This document shows, piece by piece, positions 25,901 to 35,851 of a DNA stretch of 64,000 bases. The position numbers and the translations under genes are program-made. The notes below the pieces were generated by a model. It was not told where the DNA came from. It ran no database searches and was given only the letters and a program-made list of their open reading frames with translations. This DNA is from Takakia lepidozioides. Lineage: Eukaryota; Plantae; Bryophyta. Every line of letters begins with the position of its first letter. Within the stretch, counting starts at the first letter, position 1. The stretch lies in the NCBI GenBank assembly GCA_030704615.1, contig CM060733.1:76012001-76076000 (forward strand), written 5' to 3'.

Positions 25901-28900
25901 GAGCAGTCCGTTTTGCAAGTGGAACTGCGATTTAACCCCCATTCTCAAGTTCTGCATCACGCACTTTGCCAGCTCATCCTTCCGGCAAGCCTTCCGGATC
26001 TTCCTTTGGAGCGCCGTCTCGCCCTTGTACACCAACAAGAGCTGCTGCTTTCTACTTAAAGCATCGGCCACCACATTGTCCCGTCCCGGTTTGTACTGGA
26101 TATCCACGTCGAACACTGCCAAAGTATCTTGCCACCTAAGTTGTTTTGGGGACAACTTGGGCTGCGTGGCAAAATACTTCACCGTGACATTGTCCGTGAA
26201 CACCTTCACTGGGTTGGAACCAACATAGTGGCGCCAGAGTTCAAGGCAATGTACCACCGCCTTCATCTCTTTTTCGTGCGTCGGCCACCGTCGCTCCACT
26301 TCATTCAGTTTTTCTTACTTTCGTAAGCCACTGGACGTCCATCTTGCATAAGTACACCCCCAATTGCGAAGTCCGATGCATCTGTATGAATCTCAAACGG
26401 ACGATCGAACTCCGGGATTTTTAAGACTGGAGCTTCCGTCATCCGCTGCTTCAATTCAGCAAAAGCTTGGCCACAAAATGTGTTCCATACCCAGACTTTG
26501 GATTTACACAGAAGGTCCGACAGCGGCCCCCGCGATCTTGGCGAAATTTCTCACATACTTCCGGTAATAGGAGGCGAGTCCTAGGAAGGATCGCACTCCC
26601 GGACCGAAGTCGGAGGCTCCCAGTCCAAGATCGCCCTCACCTTTCTGTCATCCATTTTGATCCCATCCTATGTAATCACGTGCCCCAAGAACTCCACTTT
26701 TGTGACCCCGAATTCGCACTTTGAAGCTTTGGCATACACTTCCCTTCTCGCAATTTTGGAACACCCTTTTGAGGTGCTCCAGGTGCTCCTCCTTTGTTTT
26801 CGAGTACACCAAGATGTCGTCGATGTACACGATCACAAAGTCATCCAACCACTCCTGGAAAAGGCTGTTCATCAGCGTGCTAAATGTCGCTGGTGCATTG
26901 GTGAGCCCAAAAGGCATCACCAAGAACTCATATGAACCATACCTTGTCCTGCACGCGGTCTTCTCCTCATCTCCTTCCGCCACCCGAATTTGGTGATAGC
27001 CGGAGCGCAAGTCGATCCGGCTGAAATACTTCGCTCCTGCCAACCGATCGAAGAGGTCGTCGATCCTTGGCAAAGGGTACCGGTTTTTGATAGTCACCTT
27101 ATTCAGAGCCCTGTAATCGACACACATCCGCAGCGTCCCATCCTTCTTGTCTGCAAATAGCACCGGGGCTCCGTAAGGTGACTTACTCGGCCGGATGTAC
27201 CCCTTTGACATTAGATCTTTGAGCTGAGTCTTCAGCTCGACCAACTCTTTGTGGCTCAACCGGTAGGGCGCCTTGGCAGGCGGTTCCGATCCCGGTATCA
27301 CCTCAATTTTGTGGTCAACTCCTCTTCGCGGTGGCAAGCCGCTTGGTAAATCCTCCGGCATCACATCCTGGTATTTCTCCAAAATCCCCTTGATCCAATC
27401 TGGGCTCGGCTCCCCATCGCCTTCTCCTTTCACTTCTCTAATGTAAAGCAAAAACTGGGACTCGTGTGTCTCCTCCACGGCCCACTCCTTTGCTGATAGA
27501 AGGTTTATTCGCCCTCCCACGGATTTGGGCGTTTCCGACACTCGTAAAACCTCGCCACCATTCCCACATGGCAGCGTGACTACTCTCTTGCGGCCATCTA
27601 TGACCGCTCCGGATTTGCTCAAAAAGGTCATTCCCAAAATGAGATCCACTCCATCGATCTCGCAGATAGTGAAGTTCTCACGTCCCTCCCAACTCCCCAG
27701 TTGAAGAGGAACATCAAACGCCAACCTTGTCGCCAACTGAGGTTCTCCTTTGGCAGAGCGCACCTCAATAGAGGCCCCCACGTCACTTGTCGGGAGTCCC
27801 AACTTTCGCGCCGCCGCCGGCGTCATGAAGGAGTGCGACGCTCCTGTGTCCACCAACAACGACACATTAGTTCCGGATATTATCCCATCCACGAACAATA
27901 ACTGACTCCTTTTCGTAAGGCGCCAGTTTCCTGATACAACTCACAAGAAAATTTGCCTACCTTGCAAGTCCTGGCGACCACCGCTTCCACCAAGCGACTG
28001 ATGGTATCTTCCGACAGCTCCGTGGTCGCCCGAGTCATGTTCAATTGCCGGGGCTTCGTGCACTTCTTGGCCATGTGCCCGGGCTCCCCGCAATTGAAAC
28101 ACACTCCATCAAAGGTCGCCTTCTGTCCGCCATAAGTCGCTCCACCCGCTTTTCTTCTTTCGAAGCACCGGGTGCCGCCTTGACGTGTGAGGGACCTCCC
28201 TTCGATTTCCACGTGCCATTTTCGCCGCGTGGCCTATCCTACTTCTTTTCCGGTCGGGAGGAGTCACCTTCCCGCCGGGTCTTCTTGTGGTTCAGCTCCG
28301 TACGGCCTCTGTCTCTCACCCTAGGGACATCCGAGAAACATTCAGCTCTCTCAATTGCCTCGTTCAAAGTCTTGGGTGGCTTCTCCTCCAACTTCCGCCT
28401 AGCCCATGGGGCCAGTCCCGCCACAAAGTTGAAGACCATTTCTGGTTCTGCCATGTCCGCGACTTCGAGCAACAGCACATTGAAAGCCTGGACATACCCC
28501 CGAATGTCATCTGTTTGCTTCAAATTCCTCATCTTGTCCCGGGCAAGCCAGGATGCGTTGAGGGGCACAAACTGTCTCTTCATCAATTCCTTGAACTCAC
28601 TCCAGTTCAAGGTTTCCGGGCTTGGGCCTCGGTCGTGAAGGCGTTTTGCCACCATTGTGAGCATAGCCCCTCAAATAGGTGGGAGCCACTTCCACCCGAT
28701 CCTCGTCACTCAACTTGGCCGCCCGGAAGTACTGCTCTAGCTCCAGGAGCCAGGTGTTGAGTGCCTTCCGGTTTCGAACGCCCTCGAAGGTGCCGGGTTC
28801 CTTAGGCTTCACCTTAAACTTTGCCTTGGTGGAAGTGGCATTAGCCGCCTTCAACACGTCTTTCAACGTCCCGCCAAACTGCGCCAACAACCCTTCCAAA

Positions 28901-29899
28901 AGGCTGCCGGCATGGGAGGCATCTCTTGGTTTGTCGGAGCTCTCAAAGATTCCTCGGGCTCCGACTCCTCGGATTCCTCCCGCTCCTGAGCGGCCTCGTT
29001 TTCGGAAACATTAATCGCTTCCTCAAACGGCCGCCTCGGTGACACGTCGCCCCCATCGGGCTCACCGGGGTCATCATCTTTTGGGCCGTTCCGCTTTCGC
29101 TTCGGCTTGCCCGACCCCATGATGAGGCCAATCCCAAGGACGATCGCGTACTGAACTCTAAGCTCTGATACCAAGTGTCGCACACCTCGATTCGGTAAAC
29201 TCCCCTTCAAGTCATAGTTACTCGCTTTGATGCGCGCGCCTGACTCCCAACCTGGCTGCCGGGCCAACTTGGAGTTTCGGCTGCTCACCGGGACATAACG
29301 GTCCCCTTCCGCTTCCCTCTAAACCCTCCACCTATTTGGGACTAGGAGAATTCCCTTTGGTAGATGGCAGTCCGGAACAGCTCCCCACTCTTTGGTCGCT
29401 TTCCGGCTCGCTCGCTTACTCACTAGTTTTTGGTCACCAACGGGCTTGCACCGTTCTCGGGGTTACTACTCCCTATATATACTTCTGTAGCTGTCCGCGG
29501 GGGTTTCATAACCAGCCATGCCATTTTATGGCGAACCACCACGAAAACCCTCGACTCCCGGTGGTGAGTCGCGGTGAGTCTTGGCCCACTCACCGCGGCC
29601 CCAATGGACCGTGATGAGTCCCAAGACTCCCCACGACTCCCACCTCGAGGTCTCCACCCCATGGTGAGTCCTATGCCACCCCCACTAAGTCCCACTAAGC
29701 TACCACCACCCCTTGTGGAGCCACCTCCACCGCAACCCGGTGTGCGGGGCTCCACCTAGTGAGCGCCTCCGCCTCCTTGAGTGCCTTGGGCACTCAAGGG
29801 TGCTTCAGCCCCCCATACCTATCGCCGCCGCTGCCCCCACCACAGGGGCAGCCCCTCATGTGTCCCGACCCCCTGCCCTCAAGGCAAAGGGCCGCGACA
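22936..29899 (-). mobile_element. Young Ty3/Gypsy chromovirus, Galadriel-like
   Basis: LTRs 22936-23658 and 29176-29899 (TG...CA) look identical apart from one C in a C-run; 5-bp TSD GGCAG (22931-22935, 29900-29904); PBS TGGTATCAGAGC (tRNA-iMet) at 29162-29173; purine-rich tract next to the 3' LTR. Confidence 0.97.
24563..29121 (-). CDS. Chromovirus gag-pol polyprotein (Gag, CCHC, PR, RT, RNase H, IN, chromodomain), with several single-base frameshifts
   Basis: [14 protein letters not shown]; LVDTGAS; YIDDIL; [18 protein letters not shown] and [10 protein letters not shown] (Galadriel-like); HDSPLAGH...CTTC; VSMDF; TDGQTER; chromodomain EYEVEAIL...YLVKWKGY...SW. Confidence 0.92.
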
Positions 29900-30093
29900 G
29901 GCAGCCTCGACATGGCCGAGGACCAATGGGTGGTAACAATAGGGTCGAACCCAGACTGGGCAAGCATATGAGGGTAATTGTGCTGCCTGTTACATTTGTG
30001 GGTCGTTTGAACACTGGATGAAGCATTGTCCAGACAGAGCAGGGCTACCAGAGCTGATAAGAACAAGAAGACAGCTAGTGGCTCTTCCCCTCC

Positions 30094-30100
30094 TTTAAAC
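30094..30100 (+). promoter_or_regulatory. -1 ribosomal frameshift slippery heptamer T TTA AAC at the gag/pol junction
   Basis: Immediately precedes the gag stop; the -1 frame from 30094 is open and in frame with the protease (VIDTG). Confidence 0.8.
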
Positions 30101-32311
30101 TAGAAAGATCTCTTGGGAAGGGGGCAATAGGTCCATCATCTACCAACCCTACTTCTTCTGTTCCACTTCAACCTATTTTATCTACTAACTTTAAAGTTTT
30201 GCATTGTCCTCTCAGTAGACAGACTGCTGAGCAGCAGATCAGTCCCCTCATGGCCCAGTGCCATATACACGAGCTCAGCTTTCCCTGTGTGATTGATACT
30301 GGATGCACTATATCTGCTATACCTTTAAGTGTTGTGAGAGTTCTTGGTCTTAAACTAAACCCTGCCACGGGTATTGAGGTGCTTATTGCAGACAGATCCA
30401 GGTATGAGCCCTTAGGACTAGTCACTGCTCCCATCAGAATTCATAAAAGGGAGGTTGTGGTGACCTGTATAGTCATCATTGGTGATCAATTCCTTCTAGC
30501 CTTGACTGGATGACTGAAGCTGGTGCCACCATCAGCTTAGCAGACTACTCTCTTCGCTTTAACAATGGAGAAGGGCATGAAGTAGTGGTTCCCTTGAAAG
30601 CAGTGCAGATCAAGGCTGGGTCTGCCACAACCAATTTGTCCAGAGTCCAGGCCCTGGTCCAGGAGGTACAACAGAACTCTCACTCCAACCTCAATTGGCA
30701 TGATTTCTACAAATATCAACCTGATCTTCAACTCTTATATCAGTGGCGTGTTCCTGGTGCTAGAGATAGGACAGGGGTGCCCATAGCCATTCCAAAGAAT
30801 TCTACTCTGATTCGTGCACCTCTCAACATCACCATCCCTGCCTTGACCCAGAAGGTGGTCAAGTCTGGTCTGGCCTTCTTGTGTCCAGTTGCTCATTTCC
30901 TAGAAGTTGAAGGATGGAGGAAGCTGACTGCCCTTAAGCATTGCCTGGTAGCCAATGGTGTTCTAGATAGAGGATATCGACAAGAAGTCAAGATTCTGAT
31001 TACTAACCCCGAGCGCTTCCCTGTGACTATAAAAAAGGGGCAGGTTCTGGCTCGCATCACTGCTCTTCCCATTGCTGACATATACGAGGTGCAGGCTGGT
31101 TTTGGACTTGAGGCCATTGGCATCCAGCATGGTCCCTTAGATGAGGTTGCTGCTTTTGCTGCAATTGCACCACCACCTGTTCCTAATCTCAGCCTAGGAG
31201 GTAAGAAAGCCCTCACCAAAGTCTTATCTGAAATCAAGTTGTGCACAACTCTCTCCTCAGGACAAAGGAGGAAAGTAGAAATGCTTATTGCAAGAAATCT
31301 AGATGTTTTCAGTTTGGGCTCCACTGATTTAGGGCGCACTCATATTCTTCAACATGACATTGTCACTGAAGGGGCTCCTATCAAACAATTTGCTTACCGA
31401 GAGAGTGTCAAGGAACGTGCTATAATCCAAGAAGAAGTCCAGAAAATGCTTGATGCTGGTGTGATTAAGCCTTCAGTCTCTCCTTGGGCTAGTCCAATTG
31501 TCCTGGTTGGTAAGAAAGATGGCACAACCCGGTTTGCTTCCCGATCCTGCCAAACTTGAGTCTGTTTGGGGCTTTCCTATCCCCAGGGATAAACATTGTA
31601 TCAAATCATTCCTTGGTCTGACTTCTTATTATAGGCGCTTCATAAATAACTTTGCCAAGCTTGCTCACCCTTTGACCAAGGTGTTATGCAAAGATGCCAG
31701 GTTTGAATGGACCTTCTCCCAGCAGGCTGCCTTTGACACCCTTCGCAAGGCTTTGTGTTCAGCTCCCATCCTGATGTTTCCCAACTTTGAGTTACCTTTC
31801 TTGCTCCAGACTGATGCATCTGATGTTGCCATCTCTGCAATCTTATGTCAAGTAGTAGAAGGCAAGGAGCATGTCATAGCCTATGCATCTCGTCATCTAG
31901 ATCGTCATGAAAGGAATTATTCCATATCTGATAAGGAGTGTCTAGCCCTGGTCTTTGGTGTGAAACATTTTCGGCAATATTTGCATGGCAGCTGGTTTGT
32001 GGTAGAGATTGATCATCTTCCACTAAAGGCTCTTGTTAAGCCTATGGAACTTCATGGCAGACTAGCTAGATGGGCTATGTACCTGCAGGAATTTGACATG
32101 GATGTAATCTACAAGAAGGGCAAGGAAAAACAAATGCTGATGCACTCACACGGATTGATCCTCCTGTCAGCAGGCCTATGCTCACCTTGGATGACCTGGT
32201 TGCTGCTGATACTGCCCCTCCCCCTGATCCTGCCCCTCTTCTTAACCTTCTTTGTGCAGATCAACAACCCTTGGCCCTGGATTCCCATGACATATTGTCT
32301 GCTTGGGGCTA
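30094..32311 (+). pseudogene. pol of the host element: aspartic protease, dUTPase-like domain, internally deleted RT, RNase H; no integrase follows on this strand
   Basis: VIDTGC; NGVLDRGYRQEV...IKKGQVLA...AGFG; SPWASPIVLVGKKDGTTRF joined directly to LLPDPAK...SFLGLTSYYRRFI (YxDD core missing); LQTDASD...DKECLALVFGVKHFRQYL...NADAL. Confidence 0.88.
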
Positions 32312-32608
32312 GTCCAGCCTATTGGATGATCCTGGTTGATTTATTCGTGTGTTAGTATGTGTGGTGGATCTATCGCTTCGTGAGAATTCGGATAAGTTTG
32401 GTGGAAGTTCCTTATTGTGTTTCAGTCCTTCTCTTTCTTAGGCCCCCGAGTTTGTTGTGACTCAGCTACTACACTCCAGTGTGACTATTGGCTTGAGCCT
32501 CAAGGCCTGATTTGGCTGTCCACGAGTAGTAACATATGAGGTGAAGGTATCCCTAGCTGGAGATCATAGGTGCAGGCACTCCAGACCACCTTATCTAAAA
32601 CCCATTGT

Positions 32609-33896
32609 CTACATCTTATGTGCAATGCAGTCATGGATGATCAGCTTGCCATGCTGTAATCGAACACACACGGTCTGTCCCACCTGAAACATGTTAGAAT
32701 ACTTGACAAGCTTGTTAAAATTACGGGCCTGGGTTAGTTGAGCCTTACCAAAGTTCGTCTTGGCATCATGGATAGACACCGCATGTCGAGCATGAAGATC
32801 TTCAACAAAGGTCTCAAGATCAACTGGATCAGCAACAGTAGAAATAAGAGGGGTAGAATGCAAAGGAGAAACACACTTGCGACCATACAACAACTCAAAA
32901 GGAGTCTTCTTGGTGCTAGCATGCACGGCGGTGTGATAAGCAAAGAGAATAGGGGGAAGAAAGGTATCCCACTCCCTGGTAAGTGCGCCATTCTTCTCCA
33001 ACATTCGGCAAAGAGTTTGGTTGAAGCGTTCCGTAAGGCCATTGGTCTGGGGATGGTATGGGGCGGTGGTGGAATGCTTGACAGCTGGTTACAAAACTCA
33101 TTGCCCTGATCCATTAGTATCTCCCGAGGACACCCATGCCGCATAAGGATCTCATTGAAGAAGAACTGAGCTACTACGTGAGTGCGAGGGGTCCTACCAA
33201 GTCAATGCCAACACGAGCAAAAGCATGGGTGACAGGCAAAGGCTGCAGCTCATATAAGATCCGGGCCCTAGGGAGAGCAATGTTAGCACGACAACCTTCA
33301 CATTTAGAGATGAACTCGGTGACGTCTCGGTGAATTCCCAGCCAATAGTAGACCTCTTGGATGTGGGCCACGGTTTTCTTGATACCAAGGTGACTTGCAT
33401 ACAAGGAACAATGGAAACGCTCCAATAAAGCATTCAACCGGCTCCGTGGTGACACCTCCAAGTAGCATGGCACTCCTCCTCGAGTGAGCTCATTGAAAAG
33501 CTTATCACCCATAAAACGGTGAGTAGACACATGATAGAGAATTTGTTTACGCAAGGACTCGGAAAGGCCAGATGACGAACGCCCTGATGGCATCGCTGGA
33601 GTAGCGCAACAACGTGCTCTTCTTCTTCCCCAAGGTTCTAACACTGAAGTGCCGGATGAACCTGTTTCCTTGACGAACTTGGTGCATTCTGAGCTAGTTT
33701 TTGATCTCACATGTATCAATCTGGATGGGCGCACAGTGGGGTGATGTCTTGATCTTCTTAGCGATCTACTTCAGCTTACTCCACTTCTCTTCTTAGCGGC
33801 TTAGTCTTAGTTTGCGGCTGATGCCTCTTGGGGTCCTCGGACTCGACCTCTCTAGGACTTAGAACATTTTATGACATCTCACCATTTGTACTCCAT
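32609..33896 (-). pseudogene. Retroelement integrase ORF, antisense to gag-pol
   Basis: HCSLYASHLG...CEGC (HHCC finger), GIDLVGP, RHGCPREILMDQGNEF, PYHPQTNGLTER; in-frame ATG at 33896 upstream of several stops consistent with C-to-T decay. Confidence 0.88.
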
Positions 33897-34129
33897 GCAT
33901 GTTTTTCCTAGCTAGGGGTTTTGTCCTCGGCCCAACTTGCAGGTGCCAGGGGTTTTTCACCCAACAGTGGAGGGTGATATTTTTTCCATTACTTGTTTTC
34001 CTTCACGGAGCTCAGGATTTTTCGTTTCACAAATGTAAGGCCCCATACTTGCTTACGCCTGGAAGTAACCCATTTCATCCAAAACGGCGATACACATTCA
34101 TAATATATATTTTTTGGCGTATAAAGCCG

Positions 34130-34493
34130 TTAATCCGTTACAATGATGTCTAGGTTAGGGTTAGTTTAGGTCGGTGGCTTGATCCTGGCCCTTCATCAGA
34201 TCTAGGGCTTCAAGGCAGCGCCGTGGGCTTTGGCCTATGATGCCTCGCCACGCGGCTGGCCACCATGGTTAGGGCTTTTGTATAAAGACGGTGCCCTGAC
34301 ACAAGGTCAGGGCGGTGTATTCTGGTGTTAGTGTATATGTGATTTGGGTGTACAAACTTTGGATGAGTGCTCCTGTGTGTCAGATCCGCCCGCTTGATCC
34401 TCCTCTCGCACATTGCCTGCTCTTTCGCTTGCCCCTTTATTGTGAAAGCACGTTTCTTGAGAGGAAAGGAGTATATGCTTCAGGCTTGTTTTG
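34130..34493 (+). repeat. 3' terminal repeat (LTR-like) of the host element
   Basis: Matches 19345-19711. Confidence 0.9.
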
Positions 34494-35851
34494 AGGCTTC
34501 ACACCCCTTGACACATAGTTTGTCTTTTCTTTGTAGTGGGGCTGCAGCCTTGCATTTCATCCAAGAGTAGGAGACATGTTTACGATAGGGAAGAGAAAGA
34601 AAATGAAGAGCAAGAAAGAAAATGAAATGTTGTTCGTAGAAGGAAGAAACCCAATAAAATTTTGATAATTTCATCCAAAACTGAATTAATGTAATTTAGT
34701 ATGTCAGGGGCCCATGCCATGAATTACAGGGGGGCAGATGGGATGGTTTTCATGGAACCATCCCTAGCATTTTTAAGAGGCAATTCTTTCTTGGCGGCGG
34801 TTGATGGGGAGCAGGGATGCCTCGGCGTGAGCCTGGTCACGTGAGCGCGTGAGCGCAATTGCGCTCACGCCACGTCACCTTGCGCCAATGCCACATCACG
34901 GGGCTCACTCCACGTCATCACACTTGAAGATCGCATCACCACGCGCCCATGAAGAAGTGGAGTGTATTCCCGCGGATTGGCACCCTTTACCGCGGAAACA
35001 AGCTGGACGACATAATAAAAGGCAGTGGCCATTCCCACCTGAAAGCAACAGATGAATAAATGATGGATGAATGTATAGTTGGATGATAAACAGATGGATG
35101 AGTGTGAAAAATGAATATAGATGGATGAATGAGGGATGGATAAGAATCAAATGGATGTTGAGCAATGAAAAACATTCATGACATGAAGATGCATGACTAA
35201 AACTTTAGACGAATGCACAATGTATATGACATGAGTGTGGTAGGTTTGTGGGGTGGATTAAAGAGTACAGAGGATGAATGTACAATGGATGTTGAACAAA
35301 GGAAAACATTCATGAATGGAGTACGCATGAATACACTGTAGATGAAAGCACAATGGATATGACAAGAGTGAGGGAGGTTTGTGAGATGGATTCATACATA
35401 TTGCAATTTAAATGGTAGTTGATTCTTTGATTATTTTTCTTTCCAAAGGAACAACTACGGTGGAGGAAGGGGATTCAACGTTTTGCAAAGAGGATGAAAC
35501 ATAATATTAAAAGAACATAGTTCAGTCTGACTCAGAGTCAGTACAATGTATCCCCGCTTCCTCTGCATCTAAGTCTAAGTATTTAAGAACTCCGGATCTA
35601 CGCTGGCTACACCTACGGCCGGGCAGTAAAAATTCAGGGGATAGGGACTCAGCCGCGTGAAGTGCCACTGCTTCGGCATAATCAGGAAGCAGAAAATTGG
35701 AAAGGGGGCTGTCGAAAACAGACTCGCCACAAATGACTGTATCTCCTGAAGATCCACCGCTGCCTTTCCTGAAAGACAGCCTGAAAAAGTTATTACTGTA
35801 ACTTTGATGTTATTGAGAAATTGAGTATGACTCCCAAAGTGGGTTTAGCAC

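Larger units (their letters stand above)
21156..30103 (+). pseudogene. gag of the host element, split by the chromovirus at 22936-29899
   Basis: Capsid-like EDFDRYLQMFE...SWATLVEWAKTLF...QPGESLWKY...YFLLGL; 41-bp tandem duplication 22733-22814 causes a frameshift; CCHC knuckle CYICGSFEHWMKHC at 29988-30029; stop TAG 30101-30103. Confidence 0.85.
19345..34493 (+). mobile_element. Decayed Ty3/Gypsy-type LTR-like element: extra ORF - gag - PR - dUTPase-like - RT - RNase H, with antisense integrase; interrupted by a nested chromovirus
   Basis: Direct terminal repeats 19345-19711 and 34130-34493 (about 13 substitutions and one 3-bp indel, counted by eye); PBS-like TGGTGGAGA at 19712; component domains listed separately. 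Confidence 0.85.

Noticed and set aside
24662-28760. Plus-strand ORFs opposite the chromovirus pol
   Set aside because: Antisense shadows of a GC-rich coding strand
19345-34493. DIRS-type element or endogenous caulimovirus
   Set aside because: No tyrosine recombinase or movement protein seen; a Gypsy-type gag, PBS and DDE integrase are present
19337-34501. 5-bp TSD cttca for the host element
   Set aside because: It needs non-matching bases at both repeat ends; likely chance
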